Part shown: positions 16,758 to 25,399 of the stretch, piece after piece
How the letters are laid out: each line of letters opens with the position of its first letter
How positions within the stretch are numbered: position 1 is the first letter of the stretch
Virus record (IMG/VR): IMGVR_UViG_3300020044_004189
Span: 1 to 34,548 of that record
Source: a virus
Taxonomy: Duplodnaviria > Caudoviricetes
Direction: 5' to 3' (one strand)
DNA length: 34,548 bases
The notes under the pieces: model-generated
Database searches by the model: none
Seen by the model: only the letters and a program-made list of their open reading frames with translations
Told to the model about the DNA's origin: nothing
Made by a program: the position numbers and the translations under genes

Positions 16758-17042
16758 ATGAAATACAGAAAAAGGCCAGTGGTGATTGATGCAATTCAGT
16801 GGACGGGAAAAAACCTTGAAGAATGCCAAGTTTTTCTTGGCGATAGTTATATGAATTTTGCAGAGAGGCATCCCGGCGGCATAAGTGAAATACACATTAG
16901 GACGCTAGAAGGCAAGCACCTAGCAAGCTGTGGCGACTATCTGATACGAGGCGTCAAAGGCGAACACTACGCCTGCAAGCCGGACATTTTTGACATGACA
17001 TATGAAGCTGTCACGGCGCGGGAGGTGAGCAATGAACGCTGA
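16758..17042 (+). CDS. Conserved phage protein (YRKxPVVIxA...TLEG...GDYxIxGVxGExYxCKPDIF family; PGDYG-like)
   Basis: Recognisable motif set; flanked by 13-bp direct repeats. Confidence 0.8.
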   Translation: MKYRKRPVVIDAIQWTGKNLEECQVFLGDSYMNFAERHPGGISEIHIRTLEGKHLASCGDYLIRGVKGEHYACKPDIFDMTYEAVTAREVSNER

Positions 17043-17262
17043 ACTGGAGCAATGGATAAACAACAAGGCTTGCCCGCTGTACTTCCACGACAAAGAAAAT
17101 GATGAAGGATACGATGGCCGCGCAATTATGGTGAGCGATATGGAAAAGCTGTTCGATGGTAAGGTGCTGGTGCCGGTGGAGCTGCTGAAAGAGATGCGGG
17201 TCTACCTGAGCAGTAACCGCCTATCAAACCAACTGCGGGCCATCATAGGGGACAAACCATGA
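17032..17262 (+). CDS. Hypothetical protein
   Basis: SD GGAGGT; coupled to the next gene. Confidence 0.7.
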   Translation: MNAELEQWINNKACPLYFHDKENDEGYDGRAIMVSDMEKLFDGKVLVPVELLKEMRVYLSSNRLSNQLRAIIGDKP

Positions 17263-17651
17263 TCTCCGCCCTGTTCTGCGTAGCCAGTGCGATATACTTT
17301 GAAGCCCGTGGCGAGCCTATAGAAGGCCAGGCAGCGGTCGCGTGGGTGATCTACCACCGCACAGCAGCACCGGGCTACCCGGACACGGCCTGCGAGGTAG
17401 TCACCGAGGACGAGCATCGAAGGGGCGAGTGTCAGTTTTCGTATATGTGTGACGGGCTGCGCGAGGACATCCACGATGATTGGGCATACGCCAAAGCTCT
17501 GCTGGTCACAATGTTAACGGCAGGGAACTTCCTTCCTGATCCCACGGGCGGGGCAACACACTACCACGCGACCAGAGTCCGTCCTTGGTGGGCAGCGGAA
17601 TTGGAGCGAACAACAAGAATCGACAACCATATTTTCTACCGGGGGCGATAA
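17259..17651 (+). CDS. SleB/Hydrolase_2-family cell wall hydrolase
   Basis: CVASAIYFEARGEP..GQ.AVA.VI..R, CQFSY, DPTGGATHYHA..V.PWW, IDNHIFY. Confidence 0.92.
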   Translation: MISALFCVASAIYFEARGEPIEGQAAVAWVIYHRTAAPGYPDTACEVVTEDEHRRGECQFSYMCDGLREDIHDDWAYAKALLVTMLTAGNFLPDPTGGATHYHATRVRPWWAAELERTTRIDNHIFYRGR

Positions 17652-18073
17652 TGAGATTTACGAAACTCACAACAACGGCAACCACACCGACACGCGGAAC
17701 GCCAGGCGCAGCAGGGCTTGATCTGTACGCTGACCAAGATGCTTTTATCGTGGATTACGCTTCAATAATGGTCGGCACCGGAATCGCTGTAGAAGTGCCA
17801 GAAGGTTATGTCGGCTTGCTGTTTTTGCGCTCAAGCATGGGAAAGACAGGCGTTTCGCTGACTAACTCCGTGGGCGTGATTGACAGCGATTATCGCGGAG
17901 AGCTGAAGCTCTGCTTGACGTACTCAATCGGCAATGGCGGACATTTTATCAGGCAAGGCGACCGCATAGCGCAACTGGTTGTGCTGCCAGCGCCGACATT
18001 TGATCTCACTGAAGTAGATGTGTTGACCCCCACGGATCGTGGCGCAGGCGCATTTGGGAGCACTGGAAAATGA
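17651..18073 (+). CDS. dut: Trimeric dUTPase
   Basis: Five motifs AGLDL, RSS, GVIDSDYRGE, RIAQL, RGAGAFGSTG; start at ATG 17651. Confidence 0.96.
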   Translation: MRFTKLTTTATTPTRGTPGAAGLDLYADQDAFIVDYASIMVGTGIAVEVPEGYVGLLFLRSSMGKTGVSLTNSVGVIDSDYRGELKLCLTYSIGNGGHFIRQGDRIAQLVVLPAPTFDLTEVDVLTPTDRGAGAFGSTGK

Positions 18074-18288
18074 GGAGCAACACTTACTATTACAATCTGG
18101 AACGCGCTCGCGATCAGCAGAACCCGGAGCGCGAAAAGCTTGCAGCGCAGATTAAAGAGTATCTCGCGAAAGGCGGGCAGATCAAGGAAATACCCAGAGG
18201 AGTCCACGCCCAAGACGCACAGCCGATGTCAGTTATCAGAAGGAAGATTGAGAAGGACAAGAATTTCGGGGATGATATCCGGACATAG
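18070..18288 (+). CDS. SutA-like RNA polymerase-binding small protein
   Basis: EREKLAAQIKEYLAKGGQIKEIPRG resembles the conserved SutA helix (R.xL...M.EFL.RGGKV.EI). Confidence 0.6.
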   Translation: MRSNTYYYNLERARDQQNPEREKLAAQIKEYLAKGGQIKEIPRGVHAQDAQPMSVIRRKIEKDKNFGDDIRT

Positions 18289-18346
18289 GCCACTTAGCCT
18301 TGTGCTGCTGGTTTTTTCCCTTATTTGTCCAGCAAGAGCTACAAGC

Positions 18347-18371
18347 AAGCCCCTTCATTGGGGCTTTTTTT
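18347..18371 (+). terminator. Rho-independent terminator at the convergence of the early and late operons
   Basis: AAGCCCC-TTCATT-GGGGCTT followed by a T-run. Confidence 0.85.
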
Positions 18372-18849
18372 ACGACAAGAATAAAGCCCTTTCAGCAGAT
18401 CGTCGGCGGGTCAGTCCAGCTAAAACTTTCCCGCCAGCTTTATTCCACTTCAAGAACTCGTCTGCTGCTGCATCAATCTCGCCGCGAGAGTACTTCATTC
18501 TTAGCGTGCTGGCTTGAAGGTTGCCTAGTCCCACGTTGAAACTAAAGCTGACAATTGCGTCAAACTGAGACTGGCTATCAACAGCAGCAGGACATAGTCG
18601 TAAAACCCCAGCCTCAAATTTACGTAAATCCGCCGCAAGTAGCGCATCAATTTCGTCAGCATCCCACACCCGATTATGTTCTGATTTAAGTGCATAAGAG
18701 GCTCTTTCAGGCGTTTTGAGACGCGCTTGGTCAGGGTACAGTACATGACCATACCCTATTGTCCAAAGCCCAGCAGGGCAGCGATAAGGGCTGTTGTGGC
18801 AACCCTCAAAGCTCTTGATTAATTGGATGCCAGCCTCAGATATGCTCAT
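18370..18849 (-). CDS. Endolysin, GH24 phage lysozyme
   Basis: LIKSFEG...YRCPAGLWTIGYGH, QFDAIVSFSFNVG, GLTRRRSAERALF. Confidence 0.95.
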   Translation of the reverse strand: MSISEAGIQLIKSFEGCHNSPYRCPAGLWTIGYGHVLYPDQARLKTPERASYALKSEHNRVWDADEIDALLAADLRKFEAGVLRLCPAAVDSQSQFDAIVSFSFNVGLGNLQASTLRMKYSRGEIDAAADEFLKWNKAGGKVLAGLTRRRSAERALFLS

Positions 18850-19328
18850 TTTGAGAAGGCACGTCCCCCAAAGTGGAATGCGATTATTGCGGCCAGTATC
18901 GACATCTCATCGTCGCTAAACACCATGTTCATCGCGTCAGCAAAAGCCACGCCAGTAGAATAGGCGTACCAGATACCGGCCACGTCTACGACTACTAACA
19001 GAAGCACAAAGATGTACGTCACGATGGGGCGGACGCTGGCTCGCAGGTTGATTACCCAGGTTGACCCGCCTTCTCCGATTTTCATATCGTGCTTGTACAT
19101 AGCAAGACGTTCTTGGGTCTGCGTCTGCATGGCGATCTGTTCTGTCTTGATTTCTTCCACCGCTGCCTGTGCGATAAAGCCTTCTTTTGCCAGAGCAATC
19201 TCGCGCTCACGATTAGCGGCCATCAGCGCCAGTTCGTGTTTCTTGTCGCCACGGTCTTGGACGAAGTCCAGCACTTTAGGCAGACCGCCAGAGGCAAAGC
19301 CGAGCAGGGTAGAGATTAGGGTCATCAT
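18846..19328 (-). CDS. Putative holin (GTA 3TM-holin-like)
   Basis: N-terminal amphipathic segment, D..HEL, VRP.VTY, two TM helices and F.FGGR; adjacent to the endolysin. Confidence 0.7.
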   Translation of the reverse strand: MMTLISTLLGFASGGLPKVLDFVQDRGDKKHELALMAANREREIALAKEGFIAQAAVEEIKTEQIAMQTQTQERLAMYKHDMKIGEGGSTWVINLRASVRPIVTYIFVLLLVVVDVAGIWYAYSTGVAFADAMNMVFSDDEMSILAAIIAFHFGGRAFSK

Positions 19329-19334
19329 TGTTTG

Positions 19335-19811
19335 TTACCTCAAATTTGTGATAATGCCGACAGTAAACATAATAAGAATCCCAGTCAGCCCCAGCAGAGC
19401 AACAATGGTCAGCGTGTTTATAATAAAGTTTCGCATCTTTCTACGTTGAGCCTGGAGTGCTCTTGCGCGGGTGTCTTTAATCTTGACTCGATCACGCATC
19501 ATCGCCGTGTATTCTTCAGTACCCCATCTCCAGACGATTAACTCTCTGAGTTCCTTCTCTTGCTGCTCGATCTTCTTACGTGCAAACAGTGCCTGGAGTG
19601 CTTGTTGTTCAACACTGCCTTTAGCGACTAGCTTTTTAAATAAGGGCGGGTCTTTGGCTTCCTCCTCCGCATTTTTGACATCAGAAACAGCACCGAACCA
19701 AGTCCCCAGTTGACCGCCCATATCTTCCAGTTCACGCCCCATCTCAATGCCCTTCTTGATGGCTTTGTAGGCGCTTGTGGCTATGGCTAAGGCTGAGACG
19801 GGGTCAATCAT
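19335..19811 (-). CDS. Conserved membrane-anchored coiled-coil protein
   Basis: MIDPVSALAIA N-terminus and a C-terminal TM helix; lies in the lysis region. Confidence 0.7.
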   Translation of the reverse strand: MIDPVSALAIATSAYKAIKKGIEMGRELEDMGGQLGTWFGAVSDVKNAEEEAKDPPLFKKLVAKGSVEQQALQALFARKKIEQQEKELRELIVWRWGTEEYTAMMRDRVKIKDTRARALQAQRRKMRNFIINTLTIVALLGLTGILIMFTVGIITNLR

Positions 19812-20056
19812 TCAGGGCTATCTCCACCGCTAAGTTTACTCCAGGCACCAAGCATGAGCAGACCAAGGACAAAAACTGTCCCTGCTCGCGCTACAGTCTG
19901 CCAGACGACTTTCTTCATGCCGCGCCAGTCGGTAATCAGGGAGCGAAGGTCTCTCACATCGTTGCCAGCGTCCTCGTCGTGGAGGCCAACCTCTTTGAGG
20001 ACGGACTTGAGTTCTTCCCGCACGATCTGGCGTAGGGCTATCTCATCTATGTTCAT
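19808..20056 (-). CDS. Small membrane protein (DUF6127-like), lysis region
   Basis: LKEVGLHDEDAGNDVRDLRSL..WR plus a C-terminal TM helix. Confidence 0.65.
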   Translation of the reverse strand: MNIDEIALRQIVREELKSVLKEVGLHDEDAGNDVRDLRSLITDWRGMKKVVWQTVARAGTVFVLGLLMLGAWSKLSGGDSPE

Positions 20057-20059
20057 GGG

Positions 20060-20296
20060 TCACTCCAATGTTTGGATTTGAGCCGCAAGTGCATTGAGTT
20101 GTGCAATCAGCTCTTCTTTGGTTGGGGCGGCCGGTGCAACGACTTCTGGTTCAGTGGGCGCTGTAAATACGCCGTTAGCGTAAGTCCAGCCAATGCCGCC
20201 TTCGGTTGCTTCAATAAGATTTGGCTTGAAATCAAGCGAGTCAACGACAATAGTGTTTATGATAACGCCGTTAGCGTCTAGTTGATGTGCGTTCAT
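20060..20296 (-). CDS. Small tail-fibre-associated protein/chaperone
   Basis: GVIINTIVV...GGIGWTY.NGVFTAP; ATGA overlap with the fibre stop codon. Confidence 0.7.
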   Translation of the reverse strand: MNAHQLDANGVIINTIVVDSLDFKPNLIEATEGGIGWTYANGVFTAPTEPEVVAPAAPTKEELIAQLNALAAQIQTLE

Positions 20297-23022
20297 GAAA
20301 TCCCCCAAATAGTCATTGTGCCTGCTCCGCCTGCTCCGCCTGCGCCACTATTAAATCCATCTCTTGAGGCCCCGCCACCACCACCGCCACCGCCCCCTGT
20401 ACCGCCAGCGCCACCAGCAGAAGCCGCAGCAACTGCGCTTGACCCCCCACCACCGCCACCCGCCCCAGAGTATGGGTACACTCTAGCAGCACCAGCCGTT
20501 CCAGCCGAAGGAACAATGCCTGACGCGCCAGCAGCACCGCCAGTTCCGTTTGCGTATGAGTTTGCACCACCCCCAGCGGCGGGTTGCGGCGTAGCATCAA
20601 GGTCTGATACTGGGCCACCGCCGCCACCGCCGCCTCCGCCAAAAATTGACCCTCCCCCTTCTCTGCCCCCAGCACCATTTTGCGGCGAAGCCCCGCCAGA
20701 ACCGCCTCCGTGTTCGGCAAAATATCCGGCACTATTGTTGAAACTTCCTGCGCCGCCACCGCCAGTGTTTCTGCCGTTTGCACCGGCAGCGCCAAAAAAC
20801 GTCGATACCGGATTACCCCCAGCGGCTTCCGCACCAGAACCCGCAGTGGGTGTACCGCCCGCGGACGCTGACCCGCCGCCACCGCCTCCATTTGCTATGG
20901 TTGAGTTTTCACCGCCCGAACCGCCGCCGCCACCGTATGCGAACAGGTAAGTTCCGAAAGAGGTATTTCCGCCCACCGATCCAGAATTACCTGTCACACC
21001 GTTGGTTGTTTTAGCGGCACCTCCAGCCCCTCCTGCCGCAACCGTTGCAGTGACAGACGTTCCAGCCGCAATCCCAGGTATTACAACAGTAGTTCTTGCG
21101 CCACCGCCGCCCCCGCCGCCGCCACTAGATGCAGTAAGCGTTGGCTGACGAGTCCCTGACCCGCCACCGCCACCGCCAGCAATACACTCTACTGCGATAG
21201 CCGCGTATCCGGGAGGAGTTACAAAGGTAAATGAGCTTGGCGCGTTTCGGAAAAACGATGCCAACAGTACAGAGGTGAAAGCCGTTCCAGTACACTGCAC
21301 CAAACGAGCCTCGCCCGGGTACATGATGTAGGTTGTAAGCCCATCAATCAGTTCAGAAGAATTCGGGTCAAGCGTAATATCACCAGTACCGCTGTTTCTC
21401 AGGTACACAAACCAGCCACTGCCAAGTGTCGCCGCTGCTGTAAAGGTTTGGCTAAACGTGCCGCTGGTAATGTCAATCAACGTACCCTGATCTGCTACAC
21501 CCAGAATCGTGTTAGATGTACGAGCAGAGCGAATGACAGTCGGAACGGATGAACCAACTACCGTAGCAACACCACTAACTTTCGTGTAGTTGACACAGTA
21601 AACAGTCGTCCCGTCACTCTCGTAAATCGCTCGATCACCAACCGCTGTAGTGATGTTCGCAGCACCCGGAAGGTTATTAGTTGTCGCGTTATGCGTCAGC
21701 GTCAAGATGCCATCAAAGATCACCGTTCTAGGCCCACGGGTCAGGGTGACAGCAGTGATCGCTGTAGTGCCTGTGATGTGGACTCGGTTGCCTGTTGCGG
21801 TGTCCAGATTGATCGTTGCTGCTGAGGCAATAGAAGCGCCTGTATTTATATCTAGAACGCCAGTGATGCCGTTGATGGTCGGCGCAGTCAATGTCTTGTT
21901 GGTCAGCGTCTCTGTGCCGGTCAGAGTTGCATACGCCCCTGCCGGTAGATAACTAGCCAGCCATGCAGCGCCAGAGTAAACGCGCATCTCGTTTGAGACC
22001 GTGTTGAAATACAAAGCACCCGTTAACAGTGGATTGCCGTCATTGTCCAAGGTTGGATCAGAAGACTTTGGCCCTAGATATCTATCGTCAAAGCTGTCGT
22101 ATGAAGCAGCAGCACTTGCCGCGCTAGATGATGCCGCGCTTGCCGAGGTGCTCGCGTTACCAGCCTGGGTCGTTGCAATACCCGCTTGGGTTGTTGCAAT
22201 ACCGGCCTGCGTTGTCGCTGTACCTGCGCTTGTGGACGCTAAACCAGCTTGTGTAGTCGCAGTTGATGCAGAGCCAGCAGCAGCAGTCGCAGAGGCAGCA
22301 GCAGCCGTTGCAGAAGCCGCAGCAGCAACACTCGTTCCCACCCAGTCACTAGGAGAGGATGCAGGAGTGTCGCCAACAGTTGTTCTTAACGCTGTGTAGA
22401 ATATCCCATCAGGGCCAACTACGTTCTGACCGACTGTGTAAGTAATAGTCGATACGTAAGCCAGGCTAATCAGCCGCCAGTAAGCAGCCTCAGTAGTCGG
22501 GTTTTTATTCAGGTTTGAGTTCTGCAATGACTGATAAAGCAGATTGCTAACAGTAACAACAGCGCCTTCGGTGTACGTTATGCCTGAATTCCAATCGACC
22601 GAGTACAGCAGAACCCAGTAACCAGAAGTAGACGCTGGATTGTTGTTGACGTTATTGGCTGCTAGGGAGACGTAGAACTCTCCGTCACTGCCCTGCACTA
22701 CGTCATTCGCACCGTAAATCTTGGACGATACCCACGCATCACCAAAGGCACTGGTTGTCTGGCCTACTGGATCGCGCACAAGTATCTGAACATTCGCACT
22801 GGTGGTCAGAATAGCCTTAGCCACGCCATCGAAGAAGATGTTTGGCTGGCGACCAGCAGCAGTCAGGATCACCGGATTGGTGTTCGGTATCGTGAGGTTA
22901 ACGTCTGAGTAAGTGGTCTTGGGCGTAGTGGTGCCGGTCTCGTAGAAGTAGATTTTGCCAGAGATCAGAGGATCGCCTGCGTCATCGAAGTATTGTGAAT
23001 CTAGATCGCCGTAACGCGCTAT
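20293..23022 (-). CDS. Tail fibre/tailspike (about 909 aa), with an apparent non-canonical ATA start
   Basis: The frame is open 50 codons upstream of the called GTG: (I/M)ARYGDLDSQYFDDAGDPLISGKIYFYETGTTTPKTTY...NTNPVIL (head-binding-like N-terminus). This is followed by three W...Y..G..V....Y....N..P....W repeats, Ala/Thr heptads, FDDRYLG and a Gly-rich C-terminus. Confidence 0.85.
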   Translation of the reverse strand: MARYGDLDSQYFDDAGDPLISGKIYFYETGTTTPKTTYSDVNLTIPNTNPVILTAAGRQPNIFFDGVAKAILTTSANVQILVRDPVGQTTSAFGDAWVSSKIYGANDVVQGSDGEFYVSLAANNVNNNPASTSGYWVLLYSVDWNSGITYTEGAVVTVSNLLYQSLQNSNLNKNPTTEAAYWRLISLAYVSTITYTVGQNVVGPDGIFYTALRTTVGDTPASSPSDWVGTSVAAAASATAAAASATAAAGSASTATTQAGLASTSAGTATTQAGIATTQAGIATTQAGNASTSASAASSSAASAAASYDSFDDRYLGPKSSDPTLDNDGNPLLTGALYFNTVSNEMRVYSGAAWLASYLPAGAYATLTGTETLTNKTLTAPTINGITGVLDINTGASIASAATINLDTATGNRVHITGTTAITAVTLTRGPRTVIFDGILTLTHNATTNNLPGAANITTAVGDRAIYESDGTTVYCVNYTKVSGVATVVGSSVPTVIRSARTSNTILGVADQGTLIDITSGTFSQTFTAAATLGSGWFVYLRNSGTGDITLDPNSSELIDGLTTYIMYPGEARLVQCTGTAFTSVLLASFFRNAPSSFTFVTPPGYAAIAVECIAGGGGGGSGTRQPTLTASSGGGGGGGGARTTVVIPGIAAGTSVTATVAAGGAGGAAKTTNGVTGNSGSVGGNTSFGTYLFAYGGGGGSGGENSTIANGGGGGGSASAGGTPTAGSGAEAAGGNPVSTFFGAAGANGRNTGGGGAGSFNNSAGYFAEHGGGSGGASPQNGAGGREGGGSIFGGGGGGGGGPVSDLDATPQPAAGGGANSYANGTGGAAGASGIVPSAGTAGAARVYPYSGAGGGGGGSSAVAAASAGGAGGTGGGGGGGGGASRDGFNSGAGGAGGAGTMTIWGIS
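22160..22330 (-). repeat. Degenerate 21-bp (7-aa) tandem repeats TTQAG(I/L/N)A and AAASATA in the tail fibre
   Basis: For example ATTQAGIATTQAGIATTQAGNA. Confidence 0.7.
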
Positions 23023-23525
23023 GGTGCTACCCTCCCGTGATTCGCATGGAATCCCATTTTGTTTTCAGCAGATATTCTGGCGCAGCAAGCGTCAAAGAAA
23101 TCAAAGAAACTTCCAATCTCAAGATGTACATCAAGCGCCTTTGCTCGGACTCGCCACTTACTATTGTGCCGATTCCAAACAACACCCATAATTCCTGTCT
23201 TGCTATTTGAGCAAGCCTTTCTGTTTTTCATGTTTTCACGGTGCGATACACTTCTTAAATTATCCCACCGATTATCAGAGGAGTCCCCATTTATATGATC
23301 GACTTCTTCAGGCCATTCTCCATTCATCATTAAAAAGATGACTCTGTGCGCCTTATAAAGTTTCCTATCTATCCTGACGCTGACCCTGTTATCTGCCTTT
23401 GACACATAGCCAGCTATAGAGCCTTTTTTGGCAACATTGGAATTTGTTTTCTTCCACACCAACAATCCATTTTCAGGAGTATATTCTAAAAGCTCTTTTG
23501 CTCTTTCCTGAGTTACAAGCGCCAT
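23019..23525 (-). CDS. HNH homing endonuclease (HNH_3 + AP2-like)
   Basis: YKAHRVIF...EVDHINGDSSDNRWDNLR.V...EN; C-terminal GIMGVVW...KWRVR...GF..NHG; AT-rich. Confidence 0.92.
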   Translation of the reverse strand: MALVTQERAKELLEYTPENGLLVWKKTNSNVAKKGSIAGYVSKADNRVSVRIDRKLYKAHRVIFLMMNGEWPEEVDHINGDSSDNRWDNLRSVSHRENMKNRKACSNSKTGIMGVVWNRHNSKWRVRAKALDVHLEIGSFFDFFDACCARISAENKMGFHANHGRVAP

Positions 23526-25399
23526 TATTGTTGCTCCTGGGACTGCCTAGACTGGCTTTGCAATGATGCTGTCAAAGCAGGAATGGTTGCTTCAATCAGC
23601 GCCATCTCTTGAGGTGATCCGGCTTTTGTGTTGTTTAATTTTAGCAGAAAATTACGCATTCCGGCACTTTCATAAATTCGACCAATACCCGAAACAGTGC
23701 CAACCGAAAGCGCCGTTATTAGAGGCTCTGCTACTGACGCTCCACCAATTGCAAAAGGAACTAGCTGCTGGCCTGTTTGCGGATTGACACTTGCTTGTTG
23801 CGCCCGTCGAGTAGCATTTAGCAGGCGAGTGAATCCAGACAACGCCTCTTTATCCGCGCCTTCAAAGAAAATGTCTACAGCCTGCATTCTATTCTGGCGG
23901 CCCAAAGCAGTAGCGAACCTGTCTGGATTGGCATTTGCTGCGTCTGAGAAATATCCGCTTTCTGCCAGCGCGTCATACAAAATTGCAGAGCGAGCAGCCT
24001 GTCTTCCAGAAGGAGAAAGTGCATTGTTCAATCTTTCAAGCTCGCTTCTTTTGCCGCCTTTCAAAATAGGAAGGATCACCTCTGGAGTTGTGTTGCCAGA
24101 ATTAAAGGCTCTGCGAAGCTCAGTATTTCTGGTTGCCTCAAGCTCTCTTGCGAATACTCGATTAGACTCAAGCCAATCTCTTGCAGCAACTTGGTCGTTT
24201 TGTCGCGCAAACGAAACCATGTCTTTATCAATTGCAGATTTTACTTGCTGCAATTGTGCTGCTGCTCTTGGGTCTTCGCTTCTATTGATAGCTTTCAAGT
24301 CTTCAATAACAGTCGTGCGAATATCCTTTACTCCAGAGAAGTTTCTAGGAGTCTGCATTCCTGAAGCCATAGGCCCAATTGCAAGAGATGACTTTATATC
24401 GTTTAGGGTAGAAACAAGACCCTGATCCGCCCTAGCTCCAAGCGAAGCCTGCTGTGCTAAAAGAGAGTCAATTGCTTGAGATGTATTTGCTAGAGGCACT
24501 TGCCCTAGTGGATCAAGAGCTTGGGTAGCATTCATTCTCTGCGAAGCGGCTCTGCTTAACGTTGCAGCACTTTTCTGGCTGATAGAATTTACTATCTGAG
24601 CAGAGAGATCACCAATGCTATCAAGTTCAAGCCCGTACTCATCAGCAAGTGCGCTTACAGCCTCCTGCCTTAGTCTTTGTTGTGACTGCCTTGCGCCAGC
24701 TCCACCAATTACGGGTATTTTTTCATATATGGATTGCGCCCATTTTGAGGCAAAAGTTTCAGGAGGAAGCACATCGGTTGTTCTAACCGGCACCCCAGCC
24801 CTTCTGCCAGCCTCAATCACCTCTCCTGCTGAAGACGGAATGGGAGCGTTTGCTATGCTTCTAGCCTTTCTTACTGCGCCAATCCCAAGCAATTCCATTG
24901 CTGCTGTTGGAAGAGTTTGACCAATTGCACCACCAACAGGACCGCCTAAGTTGTAGCCATACTCCCCAAGTGAAGACTCCGCTGACTGCAACGCGCCCGC
25001 CACTGGCTGCAATGCCCCCCCAACATTTTGCATATATTGCTGCCCAGTAGCAGTGCGGGGCTGATATGTCATTGCGCTTTGAACATTCCTTACAACGTCT
25101 CCGGGAGGAGTTTCAGTAATTCCAAGACCATACGGAACCATAGACGCCAAACCAACAAGGCCAGAAACAGGCTCTGCTATTGCTCCACTTACAACAGACC
25201 CTGCCGCTTCAGCAGTCCCCATGAATGGACGGGAAGGCGCTGTAGATGGCTGCTGGCTAATTTTCCTTGCAAGAGCCGCCTGCATAATGCTTTCGCTTGT
25301 TATCGGGCCTTCTGGAACCATTCCCACAGGCCCAACAAGCCTTTGCCTTTTCTGGAGTGCTTCTTCAATAATTTGCTCTCTTGTTTTAGGAGGCATCAA
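23525..25399 (-). CDS. DNA ejection/transfer protein (P22 gp16-like position)
   Basis: 624 aa, helical and Ala-rich with a Gly-rich hydrophobic segment; IYESAGMRNFLLKL; last of the pilot genes. Confidence 0.7.
   Translation of the reverse strand: MMPPKTREQIIEEALQKRQRLVGPVGMVPEGPITSESIMQAALARKISQQPSTAPSRPFMGTAEAAGSVVSGAIAEPVSGLVGLASMVPYGLGITETPPGDVVRNVQSAMTYQPRTATGQQYMQNVGGALQPVAGALQSAESSLGEYGYNLGGPVGGAIGQTLPTAAMELLGIGAVRKARSIANAPIPSSAGEVIEAGRRAGVPVRTTDVLPPETFASKWAQSIYEKIPVIGGAGARQSQQRLRQEAVSALADEYGLELDSIGDLSAQIVNSISQKSAATLSRAASQRMNATQALDPLGQVPLANTSQAIDSLLAQQASLGARADQGLVSTLNDIKSSLAIGPMASGMQTPRNFSGVKDIRTTVIEDLKAINRSEDPRAAAQLQQVKSAIDKDMVSFARQNDQVAARDWLESNRVFARELEATRNTELRRAFNSGNTTPEVILPILKGGKRSELERLNNALSPSGRQAARSAILYDALAESGYFSDAANANPDRFATALGRQNRMQAVDIFFEGADKEALSGFTRLLNATRRAQQASVNPQTGQQLVPFAIGGASVAEPLITALSVGTVSGIGRIYESAGMRNFLLKLNNTKAGSPQEMALIEATIPALTASLQSQSRQSQEQQ

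Noticed and set aside
20293-21250. Diversity-generating retroelement target in the tail fibre
   Set aside because: No reverse transcriptase and no TR/VR repeat pair was seen in the genome.
23019-23525. Group I intron carrying the HNH gene
   Set aside because: The HNH ORF fills the whole insert, leaving no room for a recognisable ribozyme core, and I saw no P7-type conserved motifs.
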